DNA of 23,374 nucleotides from a virus (Duplodnaviria; Heunggongvirae; Uroviricota; Caudoviricetes): IMG/VR virus record IMGVR_UViG_3300032156_000002, positions 73,023 to 96,396 of that record; one strand, 5' to 3'. Shown piece by piece: positions 15,155 to 23,374 of this stretch (position 1 is its first letter; each line of letters starts with the position of its first letter). The notes under the pieces were generated by a model. It saw only the letters and a program-made list of their open reading frames with translations, ran no database searches and was not told where the DNA came from. The position numbers and the translations under genes were made by a program.

Positions 15155-15855
15155 TGAGAGTTGCTATCTTCGCGGGCGGGCGCGGTACGCGCCTCATGGA
15201 CGAGACCATGGGCCTCTTGCCCAAGCCGCTCATTCCGGTGAAGGGCAAGTCTATCATCGAGCACGTCTCGGCCATCTATCGCGACCAAGGCTTCTGGACC
15301 TTCGATATACTCGGCGGCTTCATGGTCGAGAAGTTGACGGAGGCCCTGCCGTGGGCGCACGTCCACGATACCGGTGAGGACACGCAGACCGGCGGACGGC
15401 TGAAACGTGTCGAGGACGTTATCAAGGGCGAGCCTTTCATGGCCACTTACGCCGATGGCCTCGCCGATGTCAACATTCTGGCTCTCTTGGAGTGGCACGA
15501 GAAACTACGGTCTGAGCGGGGCGCGATTGCGACCATTACTGTCAGCCAGCAGGCATCGCGCTTTGGGATGGTCGAGGTGAACGGCGGATTGGCGCGGGCG
15601 TTTGCCGAGAAGTCAAGTCTGCTCTCGAACTGGATAAACATTGGCTTCTACGTGTTCGAGCCAGAGATTTTCAGTCTGATTCCCGGCGACAACTGCGTTC
15701 TCGAACGCGATGTACTTCCGATGCTTGCGGAGCAGGGGCGGCTCGGTGCCTTCCCCCATTTCGGATATTTTCAATGTGTGGACACATGGCGGGACTTGGA
15801 AGCGGCCAATGCCGCGCCCGAGAATCCTCTGCCATGGCGGAGGTGGTCAAAATGA
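15151..15855 (+). CDS. rfbF: Glucose-1-phosphate cytidylyltransferase (RfbF/DdhA-like)
   Basis: Motifs AGGRGTRL...PKPL, DTGEDTQTGGRLKRV, FMATYADGLADVNI, WINIGFYVFEPEIF, GYFQCVDTWRD. It is adjacent to rfbG. Confidence 0.85.
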   Translation: MMRVAIFAGGRGTRLMDETMGLLPKPLIPVKGKSIIEHVSAIYRDQGFWTFDILGGFMVEKLTEALPWAHVHDTGEDTQTGGRLKRVEDVIKGEPFMATYADGLADVNILALLEWHEKLRSERGAIATITVSQQASRFGMVEVNGGLARAFAEKSSLLSNWINIGFYVFEPEIFSLIPGDNCVLERDVLPMLAEQGRLGAFPHFGYFQCVDTWRDLEAANAAPENPLPWRRWSK

Positions 15856-16910
15856 ACGCACCCGAACTGGCCGAGATGACCAAGACAATCCCGATTGACT
15901 GGCCCAAGTTTGACAGGACCCGCGCACTGGTGTTGGGCGGCGCTGGATTCATCGGCATGGCCGTATGTGAGGGCATTATGCAGGGCGGCGGGACCGTCTT
16001 TGCCGTGGACTTCGACCACGACCCGGCCACGCCCTTTGCGGCCCATGACATGGCGAAGTTTGTCGAACGCACGATGCACGCGGACGTGACGGACTTCGAT
16101 ATGGTAATGCGACTGTTCGCGGAGGCCCAGCCGGACCTTGTGATTCACTTGGCCGCGATGTCGCAGGTCACGCACTGCATGGTCGCGCCCCTCCAAGCCT
16201 TCAAGACCAATGCGCTTGGGACGGCCAACGTCCTTGAGGCATGCCGCATTACGCGGATGCCGAAAGCGATTGTCATTGCCTCGACCGACAAGGTTTTCGG
16301 AGACTGGGGCGAGGCCGAGGCGAACGACGAGACGCCTCTACGCCCGCGCCACCCCTATGACGCGAGCAAGGCCGCCGGTGACATGCTGGCGCAGACCTAC
16401 GCCCAACAGTACGACTTGCCGCTGGTGGTCACGCGGTGCGGGAACGTGTACGGGCCGGGCGACGTAAACTGGGACCGCCTCGTTCCGGGTGTGATTCGCT
16501 CACTACTCGCGGGGCGACGCCCGACCCTGCGGAGCGACGGCCAGTATGTCCGAGAATTCAATTACATCGCGGACATCGCCAACGCCTACTGTATTGTCGC
16601 CTCGAAACTTCTCGGCGGGTCCCTGCGCGGAAAGACCTACACGATTTCCAACGGCGAGGCGCACAAGGTGGCGGATGTGGTCCACATGCTTCAGCGTTTT
16701 GTGCCGGGCGGCGAGGTCCTCGAACCCGTCTTTGGCGACAGGGCGCAAAACGAGACTCGCGTCCTCCGCCTCAACGCGGAACGGTTCGGGAAAGAGACAG
16801 GCTGGAAGGCCGTGATGAGTCTTGAGGACGGCCTGAAAAGCACAGTCGCTTGGATGCAATTTTACTTGGGCATTGCATTGGAGGATGGCGATGAACCCGA
16901 CCGTTCGTGA
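15852..16910 (+). CDS. rfbG: CDP-glucose 4,6-dehydratase-like SDR (RfbG/DdhB)
   Basis: Motifs GGAGFIG, IHLAAMSQV, ASTDKVFG, PYDASKAAGD, TRCGNVYGPGDVNWDRLVP. ATGA overlap with rfbF. Confidence 0.8.
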   Translation: MNAPELAEMTKTIPIDWPKFDRTRALVLGGAGFIGMAVCEGIMQGGGTVFAVDFDHDPATPFAAHDMAKFVERTMHADVTDFDMVMRLFAEAQPDLVIHLAAMSQVTHCMVAPLQAFKTNALGTANVLEACRITRMPKAIVIASTDKVFGDWGEAEANDETPLRPRHPYDASKAAGDMLAQTYAQQYDLPLVVTRCGNVYGPGDVNWDRLVPGVIRSLLAGRRPTLRSDGQYVREFNYIADIANAYCIVASKLLGGSLRGKTYTISNGEAHKVADVVHMLQRFVPGGEVLEPVFGDRAQNETRVLRLNAERFGKETGWKAVMSLEDGLKSTVAWMQFYLGIALEDGDEPDRS

Positions 16911-17391
16911 GGTTGACATCGCGGGCATGCGGGGGGTCCATAGTTTCAACCTGCCCGTTATCCGCGACGAGCGTGGCTGGGTGCAAGAACTCTCGACCTA
17001 CGGATTCACGCACCGGCCCGTGCGCGAGGTCTACGGAAGCGGGATACGCTATGGCGTGGTCAAGGGTTGGCACATGCACACGAAGATGACCCTGTGCTAC
17101 GTCTGTGTCATGGGCGAGGTTGTCGTCGGCTTGCACGACCCGCGTCAGTTGGCGAATGGCGAGACGCCCATCTCGGTCATGGTGCATCTGGCCGCCGAAG
17201 GCGATGACTACTGCGCGCTGGTCATCCCGCCCTTCGTCTGGAACGGTTTTCGCATCCCCTTACAGTCGCACTTCCAGAAGGCCATGATTATCAATTCCTC
17301 GGACCTCGAACACGACCCGGAGGAGATAAGGCGCATTGCGCCAGACGCCATTCCCGGCTTCGACTGGGGACTCTATACGGTGGGCGGATGA
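16891..17391 (+). CDS. rmlC: RmlC-like NDP-4-keto-6-deoxyhexose epimerase (cupin)
   Basis: Motifs DERGWVQE, VVKGWHMH, LVIPPFVWNGF. GGAGG RBS at 16880-16884. Confidence 0.8.
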   Translation: MNPTVREVDIAGMRGVHSFNLPVIRDERGWVQELSTYGFTHRPVREVYGSGIRYGVVKGWHMHTKMTLCYVCVMGEVVVGLHDPRQLANGETPISVMVHLAAEGDDYCALVIPPFVWNGFRIPLQSHFQKAMIINSSDLEHDPEEIRRIAPDAIPGFDWGLYTVGG

Positions 17392-18158
17392 ATACTATCG
17401 TTCTAGCGCAAGGGCAGGGCATGCGGTGGGACTACTCGCGCATTCCGCAGGACCCCGGAGAGGCACTGGGTGTCATCGAGGGCAAGACCCTCTACTGGAT
17501 AGGGCCGCGGCCCGAGTATAAGCAGTTACTTCCCATCGGCCCGGAGACCCTGCTCACCCGGACCCTGAGGATGCTCGCGGAATCCGGCCTTGCCAGTCCG
17601 CCCCATCGCATCATCCTCGCGGCGTGGCCCGAGTTGCACGGGAGTGTTCCCGACGCGGGCATTTCCAAGGTCATCCTGACGAACAACGGGACGACTGTAC
17701 TCGAAGGAATGATGGCCGCGCGGGGCCTATGGGGATACGACGCGACCGCCGTCCTCTGCGGAGACGTTCTTTTCAGCCGCAAGGCCATAGACCACATCGC
17801 GGCATGGGTCAACAGGAGCGCGCCGTTCGAATTCATCACTCGGTCGAGCGGACCGTCGCCCGTGACCGGCAAGGTCGCCCTCGAAATCTTCGGTTTCCTG
17901 TTTCGGCCTATCGCAACGCCAACGATGGAACGGCACATTCAGGCCATCACCGAGAGCATGAGGGCTATAGACCAACCGGCGCGCATGTGGCATCTCTATA
18001 ACGGTCTCGGCGGCAATCCCTACGCCTACAGTTACGCGCGCGTCCACTATCCTGCTATCACGTGGGAGCCGGGCGACTACACGGACGACATAGACAGTCC
18101 GCAGGAATGGATGCTTCACGGGGAGATACTGGTCGCGGCGGTGGAGGCGGACAAGTGA
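17388..18158 (+). CDS. Second nucleotidyltransferase (NTP_transferase/MobA/LicC-like)
   Basis: Motifs IVLAQGQGMRW...KQLLPIGPETLLTRTLRML, VLCGDVLF and DDIDSPQEW. ATGA overlap. Confidence 0.7.
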   Translation: MNTIVLAQGQGMRWDYSRIPQDPGEALGVIEGKTLYWIGPRPEYKQLLPIGPETLLTRTLRMLAESGLASPPHRIILAAWPELHGSVPDAGISKVILTNNGTTVLEGMMAARGLWGYDATAVLCGDVLFSRKAIDHIAAWVNRSAPFEFITRSSGPSPVTGKVALEIFGFLFRPIATPTMERHIQAITESMRAIDQPARMWHLYNGLGGNPYAYSYARVHYPAITWEPGDYTDDIDSPQEWMLHGEILVAAVEADK

Positions 18159-18628
18159 TTATCATTCTGCGGGACAGGATGGCGGATTCAATCGGGGTCG
18201 AGCGGGCGCGCGAGTTGCTCGCACTCCCGGCGACGGTGGTGGTTTTTATGCGTCCCGAGTGGGGCGGCGTGCATATGATGGAGTTGCAGGGCTGGGACGA
18301 CCCCATTCAGGTCAAGATGGTTGGGGGCGAAGCCGAGCAGACATTTGTGGCCATCGAGATGCTACGCACCGAGCACGGTGACGACACGATGGTTCTCATT
18401 TCCGCGTTGCCCGAGGATTCGATGGCCGCCGTGCTGGCAGACATTCACTTTGCTGGGTCTCTTGAGGAGGCCGAGACAAGTTTCATCGAGGAGGCGTACT
18501 ATGCGCGAAAGCGACCTGAACAGGGACCAACTCCTAATCGCGGAACTCGTAATGCGCCACTGGTCAAAGGTGGACTGGAAGCCGGGGGCGCGAATTCCGC
18601 CGAGCGGGAAGGTCCTGACACGACTTGA
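18155..18628 (+). CDS. Hypothetical protein (157 aa; the last 128 nt overlap rfbH)
   Basis: GTGA overlap with the upstream stop and a GGAGG RBS just before it. No family recognised. Confidence 0.5.
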   Translation: MIIILRDRMADSIGVERARELLALPATVVVFMRPEWGGVHMMELQGWDDPIQVKMVGGEAEQTFVAIEMLRTEHGDDTMVLISALPEDSMAAVLADIHFAGSLEEAETSFIEEAYYARKRPEQGPTPNRGTRNAPLVKGGLEAGGANSAEREGPDTT

Positions 18629-19796
18629 CGCCTTCTGCCTAGCCGGGGCGATGCTGGACGGCAATCTTGCCGGAGGCAAGTACATGCGCGCGTTCGAACG
18701 CGCGCTCGGCCGGTACATCGGCAAGCGGAGATGCCTTATGGTCAACTCGGGGTCGAGTGCCAACTTCCTCGCGCTGGCTACACTGAACGCCCTGCGGCCA
18801 TTCAAGCGGGGCGACGAAATCATCACGACCGCCTGCGGATTTCCAACCACGGTCGCGCCCATCGTCCAGTTGGGAGCGACGCCGGTGTTCATTGACATAG
18901 AGTTGGGCACCTATGTTCCGACCGCCGACGCGGTACTCAACGCAGTGAGTAAAAATACTCAGTGTATTATCCTCGCCCATACGCTGGGTAATCCGTGGCC
19001 GGTGAAAGAAGTGTCCGACCGACTGGTTGGCACGAATGTTGTTATTGTCGAGGACAACTGCGACGCCCTTGGCTCGCTTCACGGCGGCCAGAAAACCGGC
19101 TGGTACGGGGAGTTTGCGACGCAGAGTTTCTACCCGGCCCACCACATCACGACTGGCGAGGGCGGCGCGCTTCTGATGGACAAGCCGAGTCTCGCCAAGA
19201 CGGCCCGCAGTCTGCGTGACTGGGGACGCGACTGTTGGTGCGAGCCGGGCGACAACGATACGTGCGGCAAGCGTTTCGCGACTCCGTTCCCAAACCTACC
19301 CGATGGTTTCGACCACAAATATGTCTATTCTCACCTCGGGTACAATTTGAAGGCGACAGACCTACAGGCGTCGGTGGGTCTCTCGCAGATGGAGATGGTA
19401 GATGCGTTTGGCCGGAAACGGCGCGCCAACTTCAGGCGGTTGTTCGATATATTGGCTGACGGCTTGGCCGACAGCGAGTACGCCATCCTGCCATATGCCT
19501 CCAAGGACAGCGACCCGAGTTGGTTTGGATTTCCAATCACCCTTGGCCGGGCCGCGCGCCCGCGAGCGAGAGTGATTGAGGACCTACAGCGGGCTGGGAT
19601 TGACACGCGGATGCTGTTTGCCGGTGACATCAGGGCGCAACCGGCAATGCGCGACGTGCCTTACTTGGGACACGCCGGACTGCACAACACGGTCCGCGTC
19701 CTGCGCGACACGTTTTGGGTCGGGGTCTGGCCGGGCATCTGCCCCGAGGCCATCCAGTACATGGGCGAGCAGATTATCAAGGCAGTGCGTCCGTGA
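18501..19796 (+). CDS. rfbH: CDP-4-keto-6-deoxy-D-glucose 3-dehydratase E1 (RfbH/DdhC), a PMP- and [2Fe-2S]-dependent enzyme
   Basis: Motifs VNSGSSAN, IVEDNCDALGS, SFYPAHHITTGEGG (His in place of the aminotransferase Lys), RDWGRDCWCEPGDNDTCGKRF (Cys cluster) and DHKYVYSHLGYNLK. GAGGAGG RBS before ATG 18501. Confidence 0.9.
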   Translation: MRESDLNRDQLLIAELVMRHWSKVDWKPGARIPPSGKVLTRLDAFCLAGAMLDGNLAGGKYMRAFERALGRYIGKRRCLMVNSGSSANFLALATLNALRPFKRGDEIITTACGFPTTVAPIVQLGATPVFIDIELGTYVPTADAVLNAVSKNTQCIILAHTLGNPWPVKEVSDRLVGTNVVIVEDNCDALGSLHGGQKTGWYGEFATQSFYPAHHITTGEGGALLMDKPSLAKTARSLRDWGRDCWCEPGDNDTCGKRFATPFPNLPDGFDHKYVYSHLGYNLKATDLQASVGLSQMEMVDAFGRKRRANFRRLFDILADGLADSEYAILPYASKDSDPSWFGFPITLGRAARPRARVIEDLQRAGIDTRMLFAGDIRAQPAMRDVPYLGHAGLHNTVRVLRDTFWVGVWPGICPEAIQYMGEQIIKAVRP

Positions 19797-19820
19797 CGCA
19801 CAAGGCTGAGGAGAAGCCAA

Positions 19821-20864
19821 ATGAAGATTGACCTCATCGCATCCGACGGCAGTCCCATGGGTATCACGCCCCCCGACATCGAAGGGCGCGGCGTGGGCGG
19901 CGCAGAACTTGCCATGATGACGCTCATGCGCACCTTTGCGGAGCGCGGTCACAACGTGCGGGTGTTCAACAATCCGCGCGCGCCCGGTAGGTACGACGGC
20001 GTGACCTATCACCGGCACGAGGATTTTCAACTCGCGGAACCGCGAGATGTCATCATATTGTTCCGCGCGCCAAGCCCGATGGTTGACAGCCGCGCCCCGT
20101 GCCGGGTCATGTGGTGGAGTTGCGACCAGTACACCGTCGGGGACTACAAAGCCCTCTCCAACTCGGTGAACAACGTCATTTGCATTTCAGACCATCATCG
20201 CAACTACTTTCTTGAGCACTACCAGATGGACAAGAACAAAATCGCGGTCTTTGACCTTGGGGTGCGGCTTGCGGACTACAACTTTATCGAGGAGAAGGTC
20301 AAGAACCGGCTCATCTTCTGCTCCGTGCCGGACCGCGGGCTTGAGCAACTCCTGCCCGCCTACAAGATTATCAAAGAGATGGTGCCGGACGCGACGCTGA
20401 CCATCACCAGCGACTACCGGCTGTGGGGAGCCGCGCCGATGAACGAACGCCATCGTTTGGCATGGGCTGGCCAACCGGGTGTAACCTTCTACGGAATGGT
20501 CCCGAGGCGGGAACTCATCCGGCTCCAAACGCAGGCTGAGATATTGGCGTATCCGTGCACCTACGACGAGTTGTTCTGCATCGCCATCGCGGAGTGCCAA
20601 GTGGCGGGGGCGCTTCCGGTTACGAGCGCCTACGGCGCTCTGCCCGCGACCAACTCTGCCGGGATTGTCATTCCCGGCCAACCGGACTCGGGGGATTTTA
20701 CAAGAGCCTTCGCGAGCCGGATTTCGGGTCTCCTCACGACCGACCGCCAGTACATGAAGTCGCACGTGAAGAAAATGCAGGAGGCGGCCCGGCGGCGTTT
20801 CGACTGGTCTATCGTCGCGCAGAAGTGGGAGCGGCTCATCAAAGAGGGAAAGGCGGACGCATGA
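19821..20864 (+). CDS. GT4 family (GT-B) glycosyltransferase
   Basis: Motifs GVGGAELAM, LIFCSVPDRGLEQL and ILAYPCTYDELFCIAIAECQVAG. GAGGAG RBS. Confidence 0.85.
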   Translation: MKIDLIASDGSPMGITPPDIEGRGVGGAELAMMTLMRTFAERGHNVRVFNNPRAPGRYDGVTYHRHEDFQLAEPRDVIILFRAPSPMVDSRAPCRVMWWSCDQYTVGDYKALSNSVNNVICISDHHRNYFLEHYQMDKNKIAVFDLGVRLADYNFIEEKVKNRLIFCSVPDRGLEQLLPAYKIIKEMVPDATLTITSDYRLWGAAPMNERHRLAWAGQPGVTFYGMVPRRELIRLQTQAEILAYPCTYDELFCIAIAECQVAGALPVTSAYGALPATNSAGIVIPGQPDSGDFTRAFASRISGLLTTDRQYMKSHVKKMQEAARRRFDWSIVAQKWERLIKEGKADA

Positions 20865-22114
20865 TACTGCTCATATCAGACCTAGACCTTCACGGGTCGG
20901 GCTACTTGAACATCGCGCTGGCGCTATCCAAGGAATTGCACGAGCGCGGGCGCAATCTGACGGTGTTGGGCATCGGTTACGACGGCGGCGAACACAAGTG
21001 GCCGTTCCACATCATTCCTGTGGAGCAGGGGGGCGCGTGGCAGGCCATCAACGGGATGGTCAACAACTTCGACAACCTCGGCCAGCAGGGTGCGAACGAG
21101 GCCGTCGAGTGTATTATTGTGGCCCTCGACATTCCGCATCACACACAATGCCTATCCCTCGCGAAGAATCGTTGGCCCTACATCGGCATTTTCCCGGTCG
21201 AATCGGGTCCGCTCCGCCGGAGTTGGGCGGCAATCCTCGCGCAGATGTCGAGTCGACTCGTCATCAGCGAGTTCGGCAAGCAGTGCATCCGTGACGCGGG
21301 GTTGACAAGCGAGCATCTGCGTGTCGGGATTGATGCTGAGTCATGGCGTCCGCCCGACCCCGGCGAGCGCGACAAGTTGCGCACTGCCCTTGACCTCGGC
21401 AAAGACGTGTTCCATGTCCTGACCGTGGCCGACAATCAGGAGCGCAAGAACTTGAGCGCCAGTGGGCAGGCAATTGCCATTCTCGCGGAGCGCGGCGTCA
21501 ACGTGAAGTGGAGTCTGGTCACGCGGGTCGGGGCCTTTGTCGGCTGGAACCTCGACGACATGGCGGCGGATTTCGGCATCCAAGACCGCTTGCTCAAGTA
21601 CGAGCGCGGCATTGCCCATGACCGCATGTGGGCGTTGCACGCGACCGCCGACGCCTTCCTGCTCACCTCCAAGGCTGAGGGATGTTGTCTCCCCGTGCTC
21701 GAGGCGATGAGTACGCGCCTACCCGTTGTAGCGACCGACTGTACGGCGGTCCATGAGCATCTGTTTGAGAACGGCCAGAAGAAACCAACCCGTGGCTTCC
21801 CGGTCCGGTCCGCATTCAAGCACATGGACCCGTGGGGCAACAGCATCCGCCACTATGCAGACCCCGTGCACGCCGCTGACCAACTTGAGCGGGTTTACAA
21901 AATGCGGGGCACCCACCAGTTGACGGAGATTATCAATCGGGCGCAGGAATATGCGCGCTCGCGGCAGTGGTCTGTCGCCGGGGACCTTCTGAACCGGGAA
22001 ATTTCTCGCACACTCACGGAGCGCAATGGACCGGGAACGGTCGAACGCAAGGACGCGGAGCCTGTCACGGTGCCGCGTCCCATCGCCCCTTACCGCGACA
22101 TCTCGGGGGGATAG
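20861..22114 (+). CDS. GT4 family (GT-B) glycosyltransferase
   Basis: Motifs LTVADNQERKN and ADAFLLTSKAEGCCLPVLEAMS...PVVATD (EX7E). ATGA overlap. Confidence 0.85.
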   Translation: MILLISDLDLHGSGYLNIALALSKELHERGRNLTVLGIGYDGGEHKWPFHIIPVEQGGAWQAINGMVNNFDNLGQQGANEAVECIIVALDIPHHTQCLSLAKNRWPYIGIFPVESGPLRRSWAAILAQMSSRLVISEFGKQCIRDAGLTSEHLRVGIDAESWRPPDPGERDKLRTALDLGKDVFHVLTVADNQERKNLSASGQAIAILAERGVNVKWSLVTRVGAFVGWNLDDMAADFGIQDRLLKYERGIAHDRMWALHATADAFLLTSKAEGCCLPVLEAMSTRLPVVATDCTAVHEHLFENGQKKPTRGFPVRSAFKHMDPWGNSIRHYADPVHAADQLERVYKMRGTHQLTEIINRAQEYARSRQWSVAGDLLNREISRTLTERNGPGTVERKDAEPVTVPRPIAPYRDISGG

Positions 22115-22122
22115 GGTCTGAC

Positions 22123-22992
22123 ATGCGAATCTACTACGTCAACGACACGCATTTTCATTCGGGGTCCGAGGCGGTCTCCGCGGCCATCCGGGCCAAACTG
22201 CAATCGCAGGGTCACGAGATTGTCGCCGTCGCGCACCGGCCCAGTGGTCCCGACCCGGCCCTCATGGGCGGGTGCGATGCCATGGTCGTCAACGGCGAAG
22301 GCACCTTCAAAGGAGAGAAGTACAACTTCGAGCCACAGAGACAAGAGGCCATTCTGTTCGGGATGCGCGAGGCCAAGCGACGCCACCTGCGGGTGCACTT
22401 TATCAATGCCACGTGGTGCGACATGACTCCGGGCTGGGGACCGATACTTGCGTCGCTCGACGAAGTGGCCGTGCGCGAGGTGGCCAGCCGGAACGAGATG
22501 CTGACCAATCAGGGCGTGAGGCCCGCTATCTATCCCGACATGAGTTACTACGCTCCCGTCGAACGGACCGGTGCGTATACCAACGCAGGCAAGGTCATTG
22601 TCGGGGAAATCTACCCGCACAACTTTCCCGATGGCCTCTCGGAGGCAAATCCGATGCTTCACGGCCTGCCGAGTGTTCCGCTTCGGGCAGGTTGGTCTTG
22701 GAGCCGGATTGTCAATGAACTCCGGGGCGCGCTCGTCTACATCACCGGCCAGCATCACGGTGTGTACGCCGCATGCCGCGCGCGCGTTCCCTTCGTATTC
22801 TGCAAGGTCAATACGCACAAGGTCTCGGGCCTATTCGAGTGGGCCAACGTGAACATTCCGACGGTCAGACGGGGCGAGGATATTCTTGACTGCCTTGCGT
22901 GGGCATTGGAGAACCGCGACGTTTACGAACGGCTATTCGATTTCCTCGACAGGGCGATACCATGGCCCGGTATTCTACAGGAGGCAAGGTGA
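22123..22992 (+). CDS. Polysaccharide pyruvyltransferase-like protein
   Basis: Motifs VNDTHFHSGS, VVNGEGT, AVREVAS, YPDMS and ITGQHHGVYAA...PF...NTHKVSGL follow the PS_pyruv_trans pattern. Confidence 0.7.
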   Translation: MRIYYVNDTHFHSGSEAVSAAIRAKLQSQGHEIVAVAHRPSGPDPALMGGCDAMVVNGEGTFKGEKYNFEPQRQEAILFGMREAKRRHLRVHFINATWCDMTPGWGPILASLDEVAVREVASRNEMLTNQGVRPAIYPDMSYYAPVERTGAYTNAGKVIVGEIYPHNFPDGLSEANPMLHGLPSVPLRAGWSWSRIVNELRGALVYITGQHHGVYAACRARVPFVFCKVNTHKVSGLFEWANVNIPTVRRGEDILDCLAWALENRDVYERLFDFLDRAIPWPGILQEAR

Positions 22993-23374
22993 GCAAGCAC
23001 AACCGAAGGCGCATACAGACTGGTCCGCAGGCGGTCCTTCCCGTGACGGACGGCGCACGCCAGTGGATGAGCGGGGGCGTCCTGATTGACGTGCTCATGC
23101 CCGTATACGGCGAATGGACGCTCGCCGAGAAGGCATACGAGTCCATCGCACCCGCGATGGAGGGTGTGGCCGAGGAGTACCGAGTCTACATTGTGGACAA
23201 CGGAACGCCCGAGTGGGTCAACCAGCAGGGCCAGAGCGTGTCGGCACTCCAACAGGCCCTCGCCTTGCGCCAGAAGATGCGCCCGCAGGATATGTTCCGT
23301 CGCCTCGAAAAGAACATCGGCTACCCCGGCGCGGTGAACGAAGCCGCGAAGCACGGACGTGCTCCACTTATCCT
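22989..23374 (+). CDS. GT2 family glycosyltransferase, 3'-truncated by the window edge (not in the ORF track)
   Basis: GTGA overlap. It translates MSKHNRRRI...LIDVLMPVYGE...YRVYIVDNGT...LEKNIGYPGAVNEAAKHGRAPLI with no stop before the window end. Confidence 0.8.
   Translation, partial: MSKHNRRRIQTGPQAVLPVTDGARQWMSGGVLIDVLMPVYGEWTLAEKAYESIAPAMEGVAEEYRVYIVDNGTPEWVNQQGQSVSALQQALALRQKMRPQDMFRRLEKNIGYPGAVNEAAKHGRAPLI

Noticed and set aside
1720-20375. Frequent ATTATCAA octamers as a regulatory motif
   Set aside because: Most are simply ATT-ATC-AAx codons (Ile-Ile-Lys/Asn) in frame. Only the longer junction 14-mer was kept as a finding.
266-23374. Tag peptide as a RiPP/glycocin core or as the acceptor sequon for the glycosyltransferases
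   Set aside because: The tag contains Ser and could in principle be modified. However, there is no RiPP peptidase or transporter, and the inferred cargos would be inside the head. Nothing in the sequence links the two beyond proximity.

Overview
GC-rich, almost entirely + strand segment of a tailed (HK97-fold) phage or prophage late region, in two parts. Part 1 (1-10.6 kb) is a head module. It starts with a 5'-truncated multi-domain protein of >1186 aa, followed by small accessory genes, a prohead protease-scaffold fusion with an N-terminal 4-Cys HiPIP-like mini-domain, the major capsid protein, a terminator and a tandem Rho_N-like protein. A 21-aa Gly/His peptide, R-GG(P/A)GSGHF(G/A)H(E/K)G(R/V)PG(E/Q)(V/R)GGS, occurs five times plus one partial copy across three head-region ORFs. 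Each copy precedes a different cargo module: a putative ADP-ribosyltransferase fold, an HExxH zincin, or unknown domains. I infer a protease-released packaging or ejection tag on interchangeable virion cargo. Part 2 (10.6-23.4 kb) is a tightly coupled 16-gene glycan cluster placed just after the capsid genes. It holds six glycosyltransferases, a methyltransferase, a pyruvyltransferase-like gene, a second nucleotidyltransferase and a CDP-3,6-dideoxyhexose pathway (RfbF, RfbG, RfbH/DdhC, RmlC-like, RmlD-like), consistent with virion glycosylation using a rare sugar. All family assignments come from motif recognition by eye; no database search was run. Many start codons were re-called from RBS and stop/start overlap evidence.
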